Source of the DNA: Amoeboaphelidium protococcarum X5
Lineage: Eukaryota > Fungi > Aphelidiomycota
Assembly (NCBI GenBank): GCA_023515725.1
Contig: JALDTO010000251.1
Span: 620,001 to 684,000 of the forward strand
Length of the DNA stretch: 64,000 bases
Direction: 5' to 3'
Shown here: piece by piece, positions 43,604-56,877 of the stretch
Layout: every line of letters begins with the position of its first letter
Position numbering within the stretch: position 1 is the stretch's first letter
Notes under the pieces: generated by a model
The model's input: only the letters and a program-made list of their open reading frames with translations
Database searches by the model: none
Told to the model about the DNA's origin: nothing
Program-made: the position numbers and the translations under genes

Positions 43604-44590
43604 ATGAACGGATTCTAGAGCGCGTTTGGGAATTTTACAAAGTCACTGCAGGAGGGTATTGGACAGGTGAAATAGCTTACCGGCGATAAATTGGTTTAGG
43701 TTGATCCAGGTAATTATCTTTTTACTTTTATTATAAGTGTCTTTAACTACTAATAATGCGATTGTAATGTAGATTGCGTGTGTGAGCTACCTCCTGAGTA
43801 TCTGGCAAAAGAGTAGAAACTGGAACAAGTCAAGTCGCTGTATGAGACCATGTTAAGACTGTATCGTCCACTGACTTTGACTGATTATGATCCATCTGTT
43901 GGCGAGAACTTGAAAGACATCTACTCTAAAATGTCTGAGGCTTTTGGGTAATTAAAGCCACCTGCATCTTAATAGTAGCAAGCAGCCGAGTCTCCTATTA
44001 CAAGCAGTCCGGTTAGAGCATCCCAGTTCTCTTCCACTGATGGTAGTGGTAGCAGTGCTCAGGAGGAGATTCCAAAGACTCTGGCGCATGCCATTGCTAA
44101 AGCTTCACATCAGCATGGAGTGCTACTTGGTCAAGAAGATCCTCTCGGTGCCGCTTTGAAGAGATTTGCTGAGGCTCAAGATGAGATTGGATTCACCCGT
44201 CTCAAGCTGGAAGAGGAGGTGGCCAACAAGTTTATGCAGCCGTTCAGTGCCACTTTGAACACCAACATTCAGTTTGCCATCAAGGCCAAGAAGTAGTTAT
44301 GGAGTGCCAAGTAGCATTTTGAAGTCACCAAGACTCGCTTTAAGAATGCGCCTACTCCGCAAGTCCAGGCGGATATGGAGAAGGCAGAGTTGACTTTTAA
44401 TGACGCGTTGAAGGATGCTTAGTATAAGGTGAAGTTGGTAGTTGGATCCCCAGAGACTATTCGCAACTTGGTGGATCTCATCAGTGCCTTAATTTAGTAT
44501 CACAAGCAAAATTATGATATTTTGACGAATCTTCACACTGATGTTGAAGAATTTTAGATCACTTAAGAAGCTTTATACCGAAGCGAATGA
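43604..44590 (+). CDS. GVP36: BAR domain protein, Gvp36 family
   Basis: ELPPEYL, DYDP, PKTLAHAIAKA, helical BAR body. Intron 43710-43772. Confidence 0.8.
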
Positions 44591-44940
44591 TTTCGCTTAG
44601 CATCTAATCTGTTGGTTGATTCAGTGAACGCGGAACTATAATCCTTATTAATGAATATATTTCACTTTTAAAATTGATTAGATTTTTGACTTTAGAATGT
44701 ATTGCACATATAAGTTCAACTTACAAGAATGAATTCTTTTAAATGAGGCGTAATTGAGTAGAGATCCTTAAGACCGATCCAGCCACAATCAGGTCACACG
44801 GTAGACTTACACGCGGTTAGAATAAATTTCTCATTTGCTTAGATAAAAGAGATTCTTTATCGATTCTGCTTTAAATTGGAATATATCTATTAGATCCTTC
44901 TCTTTTTGCTTAAGAAGAATCCTCTGAATATATAGTTAGT

Positions 44941-47226
44941 ATGAGAGTCTGGAAGGTGAATTAATTACTAGCTTTGGCTGGGCTTTGTAGCGCGTAATTC
45001 ATCACTGAGCAATGTGGCGAGTAATTGGGAAAGCTGACTGCGGATGCTCCCGAATTACTACAGGCAATGGACAGCTGGGGTAAGCCTGTTGGTATTCTAC
45101 GTGGTGCTTTTACATCTCTAGGTGATTTTAAAGAGTGTGTTCGTCTTGATGGTTCTGCCGGTAATCAGGTGGCATTCAATCAGGTAACAGTCGAAGGTAA
45201 TTTGAAGCTGAACAGTGGGAACACGTCTGCATCGCTACAATCCACTCTGGGCATCTGTGTACCGCAATCTTGTGACAATATGCACGACGTCATTTCTATA
45301 TTTATGCTGGTGGTGGAGAATATTAACGAATTGCTTGAAGGTGGAACTGTGAATGACGCATCCTACGATAAGTATCCATCTTTGGTATTGGCAGCCACTT
45401 AAGCATGGCAAGGATCTATAATGGCATAGAAAGGAAGCTCCATTAAATATTTGGTGGATAAAGTGCACGTATTTAAGCCTATCGAATGGTCCGCTGGTTC
45501 TATTGTTATGGTGTCTCTGTGGGGCTTTTTTGCACTGTTAACAATTGTCAGCACTACCATTGATTATATTAAATAGTATCGCCAGGTGGATAGCGCGTAT
45601 AAGCTTGCTTTTTAGAGTAAATTGATGCAACAGACTGAAGAAGATGATTTGGCTGATTCTATCGGTGGCGGCAACAGTCACACCGTAGATAGTTAAACCT
45701 CAGATGGCGCTGTGCTATTGCCAAAGTCATCGCGTGACACTCTGTTCAACGCTATTGGTAATTAGTACACCCTTAAAGTAAATCCAAAGCCGAATTTTGG
45801 GGTTAAAGTATTGCGAGCTTTCTCACTGTATGAGACTTTGCCATTTTTATTCAATACCGAGACTAAGAGGTTTAAAGAATTGCGCATCCTGAATGTGGTG
45901 AGGGTGCTGTCTATATTCTGGGTTGCATTTGGACACAGTTTGGGAAGTTTTCTGGAGACGGCCACTCTTGATCCTCTTGATTTGATGGAGCTTGCCAAGA
46001 CCCCACCAATGATGGTGCTGTTCAATTCCTTTCTATCTGTGGACTCTTTCTTTTACCTATCTGCATTTCTTGTCACGTATATGTTCGTATCTGATCCTAA
46101 AAGTATGTAAAAGTTCAATTTTTTCAAGTATGTCCTATTTAGATTCCTGAGATTGACTCCTGCTGCAATGATGATCTTATTTACTCACTGGTTCATATTT
46201 CCTCTGGTTGGTGGTGGGAACTCGTTTGGTGGAAGTCCAATGTGGTACGCTAATGTGGAGCGCATTAATACTCAATGTCCAAAGTTTTGGTGGACGCATC
46301 TACTGTACATCAGTAATTTCTATCCACAAATCTTGGCCAACCAGTGCTTTCCCGCATTATGGTACGTCTCTGCTGATATGTAGCTCTATATACTTCTTCC
46401 ATTCTTTTTGGTGCCTATTTTGGCTAAACGAAAGATGGTTAGACGCCTGGGATGGCTATCTATCATTGTTGTTGGTGTAATTGGCAATTTCTTGTACACG
46501 TTCGTTCCATCAATGGTGTATAAAATACCTGCATTACCGACGCCTGTATTTAATTCGGAACACTCTAACAATGAAGTGCACAATGATCTCAATTTTTGGT
46601 AAGAGTATTATTATCAGAAGAGCTATAGTCACTGCGCTGTCATGTTGACTGGCATCTTGGCTGCTTATGCCTGCATTAATCTGCGCAAATTGTTGTCTAA
46701 TTACATTGAACGAAAGTAGATAAGTATCACACAATGGAGATTGTACGCGTCGCTGATTTAACTGCTAGGAGGTTTCTTGATGGTTTTGGTTCTCTACTTG
46801 CCGTACGATTATGTTCGCCATCTTACTCGCTGGTAATCTGCGGCTGCTAATTCATTTTATAATTTCTATTCAAGATGGCTGTGGTCTATTGGATTGTCTC
46901 TGATAATTATGCCATCCATCGTTGCTCCGGTGTTTACGGCTATTGACGGAGATTCTGTGGACAGTTCCAAGTTGTTGTTGATCAGTAAGCTCGCGTCTGC
47001 CAGGATTTGGACTGTGCTGTCAAAGTTGGTATTTCTGGTTTACATGATACATGTGATATACATCAACATCTGGGTGGGTAGTGAGCTGCGGGAACAAAGT
47101 TACTCTTGGCCAGTCGCGGTGAACGGTTTTGGAGGCATAATGTTTTGGAGTTACTTGACTGCTGCGGTTGTATTTCTAATTTTTGAGGCACCAATGGGAA
47201 CAATAGTTAAGTTGTTGACGCGTTGA
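44941..47226 (+). CDS. NRF-6/OAC-type O-acyltransferase (NRF domain plus acyltransferase_3)
   Basis: Signal peptide, MDSWGKP.GILRG...LGDFKEC, GICVPQSC, RVLSIFWVAFGH, SVDSFFYLS, RFLRLTP, WYVSADMQLY, YMIH, FEAP. Confidence 0.88.
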
Positions 47227-47437
47227 AATAGTAAAAAGTTGTAGTGTTTACTCAATTGCTTTATTTTTACGTTGTATACACCATTGTAAAACGAAGTCCG
47301 GACGCTCTGCTACAATTTTCTAACGTTAATCGAATCACGTTAAGATGTGACCCCTGGCGTGATTTTCAAGTCCGACTGCTGATTTCATCTTTTTAATTAC
47401 ATTGTTAGATCAATCAATGTAATACTATTTAGAGAAA

Positions 47438-48244
47438 ATGCTATTATCAATTCTTGTTTTTAGCTTTTTAACGGTATCCGCATTTGCTCTGTAATTGCGT
47501 AAATTTGATTACCACTCAAGGAATTTCGCGTGTTAGGCATCCAATTCACACGCGTAATGGCACATGCGTAATCTGATGTCTGCTAAATCGCTCAGATATC
47601 TAGAGAGTGTTGGTGAAGAAAGCTTATTCTTAATCTAGCAGTTTGGTCCATAATCTGTATATCGCCAAGATTATTTAGAACATATTTATGATGATGCTCC
47701 ATAAGAATTGAACTAGGTGATGGTGGAATCATTATTAAGGCTACATCGCATAATCTAATCCCCCTCTGATATTGATGCCTCCATAATATAACAGTTCACC
47801 TGCCAAGAGTTTGGTATGTCACTGTCTTTAGAGATAAGTAAGGAGATAATTTTGACTTTTAGGAAGGTATCAGAAGAGTTTAGATTGCCTGTCATAACAG
47901 GCAAATTGAACAATAGATCCCTGGATCAGAAATCACACCTACGATCTTTGCATAAGCGACAACATGATGAGTTGAACCGCGAAATCAAGCGCGCTTTCGT
48001 TGGATTAGTCCAAATTTTAATTGGAGTCCATATTGCTAGAACTGAAATGATAGCGGAAATTGCCTCAGAAGGAAGACGTCCTTTTTTTACCCAAGAGCTA
48101 ATTCAAGCAGCGGGACATGTTGCTTCCGGGTATTTTTTGATCTAGTAGGAACCACAATAGGCTTTAATTGTCTTTTCATTGGCCGCGATACTGAGCATAG
48201 TTGTTCACGTTTTGACGACGAGACACGTTCAAGCCATTAGATGA
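47438..48244 (+). CDS. LxKR preproprotein family member 1 (268 aa)
   Basis: Signal MLLSILVFSFLTVSAFA; YDDAP; LHKR; hydrophobic C-terminal helices. Confidence 0.85.
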
Positions 48245-48537
48245 GTTTTGATTAGATAAATACACTTTTCAGTATTTTCATTTGGCCGTATAGCGATTTA
48301 ATGTTTTGCTCTTACAGTGGAGTTTATACTGTTCTATTCTGGTGAGTGTTCAGGATTCAACCTAAATAACTTAGCAGTCTATGTGTGTCTCCTCAGTCGA
48401 CCATGAGAATTTCACGAGTTCACGTTATATCGCGCCCCTTTGTCCCCGCCGTGAAATTCAAAGACCGATACTAGATTTACCCATTGTCTTTATATATATT
48501 GATATAAGATCAATTTATATAATACTATTTAGAGAAA

Positions 48538-49338
48538 ATGCTATTATCATTTGTTGTCTCAAGTTTTTTAACGGTATCCACGTTTGCTATTTAATTGCGT
48601 AAATTCGATCACCACTCAGGAAATATCGCGTGCGGTGCATCTAATTCACACGCCAATCTGCACCTTAATGGTCTGCTGTCTAGGAAATCGCTCAGTTATC
48701 TGGAAAGCATCGGAGAAGAAAGCTAATACTTGATTGATTAGTTTGGCCCTTAGTCGGTGTATCAGTAGTAGTATTTAGAGCACATTTATAAAGATGCTCC
48801 ATAGCAATTGAATACAGTGATAGAGGAGTCATTATTAAAATTGCATCGCCTGCTCAAGGCTTCCTCTGATGTCGATGTATCCGTGATACAAATATTCGCT
48901 TGTCAAGAATTCGGCGTGGCTTTGCCTTTGCATGTAAGCAACCATGTAATTTAGGCATCCATGAAGGAATTCAAGGAACTTAGATTGCCACTCATTAAAG
49001 ATGGCTCTTATGATCGAAAGTAGAAGTCGCGATCACTGTAAAAGCGATAGCATGATGAAAATAGTATGCGTAGATTGCGCGCTATTGTCGGATTTGTCGA
49101 ATTATGGATTGGAGGAGATATGGTTATCGTCGCAACGTCGCTCGCTTAGGCTCGCAGGTAACGACTGGACTCCGCGTTTTTTTCCCAATCGCTAATACAA
49201 GCATTGGGGCACATGTCGGCTGGGGCTTTTATGATCTAGTAGGACACACCAAGTGCCTTAGTTTGCATCATATTAGCCATGATACTGGACAGCATCATAA
49301 AATTGATGCTAATGAGGCACGCCCAAGTCAATAGATGA
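48538..49338 (+). CDS. LxKR preproprotein family member 2 (266 aa)
   Basis: Close paralogue of member 1, including upstream DNA (aatactatttagagaaaATG); YKDAP; LQKR. Confidence 0.85.
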
Positions 49339-49752
49339 AGTATGACTAGATAGATTATTTAATTTTTTGGCGTTACATTGATTTATTCCAATTCGTTGTG
49401 TTGTAAATGCTCGTTGCACCGTTGATTACGTTAACTAAAACGTGGAAAATCACACGCAGTTGAAACGTTACGCGATCTGCGACATGCATTAGATCTATAT
49501 TGTATTTTTTGGCGTAAGATGCTTTTATTATTTTCCAAAAAAAATCACTATCAGACTATTAATAGCTAATCACGACTTTTTACGTAACGATATTGCTAGT
49601 GATTATTATGCCGCACCTATCTCTTTACGATGAAATGGTGTAATTATTGGAGAGATGCATAACCATTGACGAAGAAAGTTGAATCACGACAGCGTTGAAA
49701 GATTAGACAACTGTAAGTTATCTTTTCAAGTAGGTAGCAGTTTTGCTTAAAA

Positions 49753-50370
49753 ATGCACAATTATAATAATAAGTATCCAGGATTGAGCATCAAATTCCTG
49801 GCTGAAACTTACATAAATGCACCCGATAAATTTGATTTCGCGTTGCATTTCTTGTTGTCTTTTATTGCAAAGGGCGGTATTGATCACGTCGATGCTAGCC
49901 TAATCCAAAAACTCTTTTGTTCTGTATTTGGGATAAAAGTATCCAATAAAGATGGTATTATAATCTACGAATAATTTAAAAAATTCTAGACGGAGCTGGG
50001 TAAGAATAGAAAAGAGCAGGATAAAGTTGGGTCGCTCAGGCCCACACTCGTAGCGGACGTATCTCTTTATAAACGAAGTCTATGGGATAATGCTGAAACT
50101 TTACGCGTGTTCTTTGGCTCCTTGGAGATTCTTATTGGGTACTGTTTTTACACAAGCCTGTTAAATTACTATCGTTCTCTGGAATAGTTGTTAGACCCGG
50201 TTCCTGGCATGGTTGGTGCTGGTTTGATGCTCAGTGGCTCAGAGATGATACTTTAAAATAATAAGGTTGCTGGAATAGTTTTTTATTTGACTATGATCTA
50301 TCTGGAGTTCTATTATCGATTCGTTTAGGTTTATGATCGTATCTCTGATCGTGATTTGTACTATTAGTGA
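49753..50370 (+). CDS. LxKR preproprotein family member 3 (5' end degenerate or unresolved)
   Basis: YINAP, DASLIQKLFCSVFG, LYKR, hydrophobic C-terminus; in-frame TGA at 49696 upstream and no intact signal peptide found. Confidence 0.6.
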
Positions 50371-50652
50371 ATTTCATTTAAGTAGTAACTAGACAGACAG
50401 ACACACTATGGATATCATGATGATAGTAGAATTTATGCACCTAAATCTCTCTTTAAGTTATTTTGACACCGTGTTCAGTTAGCGTAGATTCCTGATTTTC
50501 ATACGGAAATGCATATAATAAGGATGCAAATAACGCGTACCTGACAATGTCCCCTTGAAACGATTGGTTGAGCCCCCAGTCATGTGTTGAATCGTTAATC
50601 CTCTATTTTTGGAGACTAAGTCTGAATTATAGAGTTTAATTACGTCTACACT

Positions 50653-51732
50653 ATGTAAAGTATCTATCTCAGTGTTTTTTATAGCTATCTCATATTGTGG
50701 TCTAATATAGTATATCCACACATTTAAAAGCTGTCTTATCGCTCGTAAACTGCTCTGCTATCATCTGGACTGTCTGACTAGGATTCACGTTTGTATCTGT
50801 ATCGCGTTGGCAATGATGCTTTCAATATAGCGAGATCAGATAGCTTCTAAATAAAAGGTGGTAAACTTATGGATTAAAATTACTGGCTTGATGTTTACAA
50901 TGAGGCTCCTTAAGTGCTTAAGTCTGCCATGACGCGTCTAATTTATAGCGTAGAGCAGGCACTAGTCGTCAACAATTAATAGTTTGATGGTGGTATGATT
51001 TAAAAAGTCTTGATGTAATAATACGGTATCAGATAAAGCAGATAGAATATGGACACTTTGGCATCTGACGCGTTAAAAAGCTTTCATCGAGTATTGAATG
51101 GAGATATAGAAGTAAATACAGCTGACGAAGCTTTTAGTGAGTTGGCTCAGCTTCGACACAATCTTGCGAAAAGCAGCCATCCAAAATTGTTAACTAAGAG
51201 AGGTCTAAGCAATTAGTACAGGAGAAAGTTGTTCGATTCTGAAGTTGGCATTGCATTAAGAGCTGCAGATCAAAATAGAGATGATGTGATATCTCAGTTG
51301 TCGCCTAACACTTAAAAATCTATTAAAATTATCTTGGGAGTCCTGTTCATTATGACTGGTGTCGCGCTTGTTATGTTAAGCTTATCAGGATAAGGCTTGT
51401 CTCCCAGATAAAGGATTAGAAAGGTTTTCACATTGCTTATTGCAGTGTGTGGTGCATTCAGTGCGGGAATACTCTTACTGACATCAGGTCCAGTGAAAAT
51501 TGGTCTTATAATTATTGCTAGTTTTTCTGTGGTTGCGTTTTTAGTATGGTATATTTGTGTCAATCAGTTCCCTTCGCCGGAAGATGATAGTGATTCCGAA
51601 TCATCAGATCACGATTCGGAGTTGAACGAGTAGTCTGCGATAGAGTTGGCTGCAATGCACTTGGAGTAAATTCGTGCGGATTAAGCATAGAACCACATTG
51701 ATGTACTCTCTGGAACTACGGCTAGACATTGA
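50653..51732 (+). CDS. LxKR preproprotein family member 4 (359 aa)
   Basis: N-terminal hydrophobic MQSIYLSVFYSYLILWSNIVYP; YNEAP; LTKR; 3 TMs; acidic tail. Confidence 0.8.
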
Positions 51733-52188
51733 TAGCTTTGTTTCATGATTTTGCATTTAAATAAATATGCTAAATTAAACTTTATTTTTATAAATACTGT
51801 AATGCTATGGCCATTAAGAAATCAACTTTCATTAAATTACTGTGGACTTGTGCTTTGGCGAACAATACACGACTTCACCATGCGAATCCTTACTTAAACC
51901 AAGTCGTGTCTGACCAACACTACTTCAAAGAAGCTGGGGCCACACACATTTAATCGGAAGGATAAATCCATATTATTCTCAAGATGTCCCGTTTGAAGAA
52001 CCACTAATCTCAACTTTGATTAGTGCGGTTTTTCTAGTCATTCACACACGTGAGACTTTGGGCATCTCGAGATTGGAAGTCTCGTGCTTCAAGCTATCCA
52101 CGGCTTTCTCTGATCAGGCAAATGGCACTTTGGTCTTCAAATATTATCACTGATAGTAGAAGTATATATACGGTTTCATTCAAAGGAC

Positions 52189-53286
52189 ATGGCAAACTAC
52201 TGGCTTGGTATCATCTTTAGCTATTTGATCATTTGGTCCAATCTGGTCTATCCTCAGATTTAATCAGGAGCATTCTGCTCCTAAAAGGCGATTGTAAAGT
52301 CTGGTCTATCTGATGGACAATCTTTATAATTTTTGAAAAGCCTTGGATCGGATGTAATGCGTAAAGTGATGGAATCTAATGCTGGCTAGGATAGTATAAT
52401 GAATCCATCCTTTTGGGTGGAGGTATACGATAGCGCGCCTTCTGTACTGCAAAACTCCTTCTCCCGCCTAGTGTAAGATGTCTCTTTAATACGACCAAGT
52501 AAAGATAGATTTAATGGCGCATTTATTAAGGAAATACTTGGCCAGGAGTTTAGTTATGCGTTAGATGAATTCGATCTGGATTAAATGTCGTAACTGGCAC
52601 TGGACAGTTATCATCGAGCTCAACTTGATTAGAATCGTTAATCTTTATACGATGCATTTGCTCAATTAAGCAAGCTGCAATCTACATAATTTATCCCCAA
52701 TAACCGTCGGCCTTAGTTGTGGAAACGTGGGTTTGGAAATAGTAAATTTAATGCTCCATAAGGTTTACGCGGTCGTATGGCGATGGAGATTTTCCACAAT
52801 GATTACTCCAATTATAGTCCTAACCCAGTACTAAACTCAGTACTTTAGAATTTGCCATACATTGTAGGAGCTGCATTTATCTTGATTGGAATCGGGTTAT
52901 CGGTTATAAGTTTTGCTTACAGTCCGGTGTATAGCCGTTAATTTAGGAATGTCATTGCTTGTCTGACGACGGCGGCTGGTTTTTTTGCTAGTGCAATCTC
53001 TTTATTCACTGGCATTGGTTTTATATTAAGTATGATAATACTGGGGTCTTTCCTAACTCTTGCAGGCATAATGTATGTTGCTATTACAAAGTGCGAGACA
53101 TTGGTATAACGAGGCATTAATATTGTTGTTACTCGTTTCCCATTGGAGATTGATCAATCTTTGCCTCAAGTAGAAATGCAATAGTAGTAGTCGTAGTAGT
53201 AGTAATAGCAGTAGAGACATACATAACTCTCAGTGGTAAATGAAGCTGCTTAAGACGCGTAAGAATTGCAGTAGAGTTAGTAGTGA
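52189..53286 (+). CDS. LxKR preproprotein family member 5 (365 aa)
   Basis: MANYWLGIIFSYLIIWSNLVYP (paralogous to member 4); YDSAP; LWKR; 3 TMs; polyQ tail. Confidence 0.8.
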
Positions 53287-53580
53287 ACTCTAGTAATTGA
53301 TAGGTTGAGGTTTGCACTGATAGCTAGCAGCGTATTGTTCATAAGCTGCTAGTAACTTATACGGTATGATGATGATCCTTTGAACGAACATTAATTTTAT
53401 TAAGAGTACTATTAGCAATGGCGTCTGCCACTTTGTCAAGTTGACATTATAATTCCAAGTTTTGATTTTAAGCTCACGTAGACTTTTATGAGTACATGTC
53501 ATTAACTCGTAAAAAGGCTTCTAGTAGCATCCTTAAGTTGATAATATATTCCACAAAACTAAAATCTTATATTCAGTATA

Positions 53581-54309
53581 TCACAATTCTCCGTACCACA
53601 ATGGCTCCCGTATTTTCACTCTGTCTTCCTCCATGAACATGTCATTGTCATACTATTAAATCAGCGACTTGATTCGCTCGTCTGGATACATACCAAGCCG
53701 CTGAGCTCTACTCCAGCGCTCCTTACGCGACAATCCAACGTTAGGGCCATACGTGTAATCTAAATCAAACTTTCTCAAAATCTATAAAGCATCCTACAAC
53801 TCTTTTTAAGGAATTCTAATGGCTTTCAACGGGGATCGCTTAGCCTTGACTGGAGTAGATGGCGCCACCAACAGTGTAGAAGCAGACTTATTATCAGGTG
53901 TTCTCAGGCGAGATCTATTCACAGCGGCAATTGATGGAGATTAAATATGTAGCGTGTCGTCACTGTAATCAGACTCAATAACATCATTCTAAGTATCGCT
54001 TTGCTTATGGTTGTTATAATCAGTAGAAACAGACGATTGCGGGCGTTTAACAGAAGGAGGTGGAGTCTAAACTAGGCTACTGCTCAGCAGCGAATCTTGG
54101 CCATCAGAATTCACAGCAGGGACATCAAAATTATCCAAACTCTTCAGCGACTACTTTTACTTTTTCCTACCATTAGCCAGCAGTTTACCGCCAGATTTTG
54201 AAGGAGGTGTGAACAAATGCTCTCTTCCCACATCACCATCATCGTCCCCACCGACTCTCTTCTTCTTCTTCATTTTTGGCGTTTATGGAGTACTTCGCTT
54301 AGGCGGCAT
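53581..54309 (-). CDS. POLD4: DNA polymerase delta subunit 4 (p12/Cdm1) with long disordered N-terminus
   Basis: LRKFDLDYTYGPNVGLSRKERWSRAQRLG...PLWY. Confidence 0.82.
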
Positions 54310-54804
54310 CTTTACTCAGGTTGTGTTAATTATAGAAGATATATAGTGTTATGATGATGGAGTTGGAATTATGATTGTAATCAAAAACAGAACAAGTTAC
54401 TCGCGCTATTTTTGTGATGTTGATGCTCAGAGAAGAAGCGATAATGAGCAAACAGTTCCTGCGTGTGGCTGATGTAGATGAAACAGAAGGTCATTCTCAG
54501 TAAGCGGTATAGTTACTTATTACTTTTTCCAGTATATAAAACCATTATTCTCAAAATGTGCTGTTATGTGAAGTCTGTACGTGTATGTTGAATAAGCTTA
54601 CTATATATTAATTTTTGGTTCAGTCAACTTGTGTAAAATAGTTACGCCATCACTCTTACCGCGATAGAGAGAGAGGCAGTATCGTTCATTTTTAAACTAG
54701 ACCTACTACAAATAAGAACATTAACATATGGCATAGTGCTGCCCATCCATCTGCATGTCAAGCTTTCCAGAAAATAAACGTTATTCTTTAGGTGCTTCTA
54801 AGCA

Positions 54805-54890
54805 GCGGTGAGTGGACAGAGATGACAATACGTCTTTAGTATCTTGTGACATTGTACAGTGCTTGAGCTCTCTCTCTCTTAAGCAAAGTC
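54805..54890 (+). repeat. diverged direct repeat upstream of the Crinkler-like gene
   Basis: Aligns with 57297-57380; shares the exact 18-mer tatcttgtgacattgtac. Confidence 0.75.
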
Positions 54891-55107
54891 ATCGCTTCAG
54901 AAGATCACTTTCAGCGTCCGACAACGTTGCCCAGAGTTTAGCAACGCAATGAGATAATTTTCTCTTTACGGTAATTCTGATTGGTGGATCAGCATTTTCG
55001 CAATCTGCCCGCTCACATTTCTGTGGTCCTCTACTATTTTCCCTTAAATTGATTTTCTCTTTTTCGTTCACATCACACTTTTTTAACCAAAAATTACAAT
55101 CAACAAA

Positions 55108-56877
55108 ATGCCATTTCTTAACGTAATCTATGGTGGAATGTCTGCCGAAATTAAAACTGATGGCATTGAACGAATTGGCGAATTGCGCAGAGCTATTAAA
55201 GAGGAGTACAATAGAGCCCTGGCAGAGATCGATGCTCCTAGATTGCAGCTCTACAACTCCTCTACCAATGATCGAATTGCCACGATGGCTGATTTTCGAG
55301 CACTCCCTAATGCATTCTATGTTGAAGGTGGACCGTGCATTGAAATACGCACATCACCGCCTCCGTCGAAGTAGCCGTCGCTGGTTAATATTGTTCCATT
55401 TCCCCCAAATAGTGGTGCTGTTCATGAAGGCCTTCCTGACGCTGCTCAAAAGCCGGTAATAGATCGCGCTGAACTCGTGAAGAAGATTTCTGACATTATG
55501 GAGAGGCAGATGTCGTTGCTCATTACATCGCCATCGTTCACTGGGAAAACCGCACTAGCTAATTTAATGTATAATCACTGGTAGCGAAGTGGGAAGAATG
55601 TCCATTTTATCTCGTTTGCGAATTATACGCCCGAAATGGATATTGATGAATTTTTCTCTTTGTTCTTAGGGTAGAGCGCTTTGCGTATTATGGCGACTGG
55701 CGGTATTCTTATTATGGACGAAACGCAAAACATTTACAGTCATCCTACCTTTTGGAGTAATCTGAAGAGTGGAGCTTAAGGCTGCAGAGTTCTGGCGTTT
55801 GGTGTTTTTGGTTTATCCACTCTTGGATTTGATCGGTCTCCTTTGCAGTTTCAACTAAAGTGGTATTATGATGATGTCAAATTTTCGGATCAAGAGTGTA
55901 TGGAACTTATCGATAAATTCAAGCAATATAAACCGATTGCTCGCGAAATCTTGGTTCCTGAGGTTATTGGTGATCTTTTAAACAAATTCCTCAATTATCA
56001 CCCTGGTTTAGTTTATCTGGCGTTGCATACTATCTGTTATGAGTTTACACGTACACCATACTGTGCTAAAGAAGTTAAAGATATTCGATTGCTCATGATG
56101 AAAGGAAAACTTCTATCTTAACTTTACACTGCGCGATGTTTTGCCGTGGACTACGATAAGATTAAGCAGATGCTGGGCCGTGATACGGATAAAGATATGA
56201 ACGCGCTGATTCACTACGATTCTATTCCGCTGGATGATAATAATCTTGATTTGCATCGCTATGGAATTTGTATAGCAGATCGTAGTGAAGGAACTTTGAA
56301 ATTCGCAAGTGAAATAATGCGGTTCTTCTATCGAGATTTATACTACAAAGCTACATATGGAGTTTCTGGACGTTATGTGATTACGAACTGGACTGGTGTA
56401 TCTGCGCACACCTTGCTAAAGCGTATTCTCGAGTTATTTAATCCTCGAGTATTTTTAAATACTCAAGCTATAGGTAGAGATGGTCGAATCTATGAGCGTC
56501 TTTTTTAAGATGAGTTTTATAGGTGCTGCTATCTGTTGGCACCATCAAAGTGTCATCCTGATGTCGGGGCGAAGTATAGCTCAACAGGATTCATCGATTT
56601 TTATATTGATGACGAACTTTAATGGGGGTTCGAATTGCTTCGCAATGGGAACAGGCTGAGAGAACACATGGATAGATTTGATCCTACGATCGGTAGATAC
56701 AAAGATATTCCTTTGAACGATTATGCTGTTGTGGACTTTTACGAAGTTTTTGAAAGTGGTGACGAATTCGTCAACGACAAGTACTTTAAGGTTGTATTCT
56801 CGAGTGACTTCAGCTCAGTGGAACTATCTCACAATGGTTAAATTGAACATATCGTTTGCGGCTAACCCCAATAATGA
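55108..56877 (+). CDS. Crinkler(CRN)-type effector: Ubl header, P-loop NTPase, PD-(D/E)xK-type REase (589 aa)
   Basis: IGELRRAIKEE..LAEIDAPRLQLY header; SPSFTGKT Walker A; LIMDETQ Walker B; YERLFQDEFYR..PDVG..GFIDFYI..WGFELLRNG..EH..RF..Y.VVDF. Confidence 0.85.
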
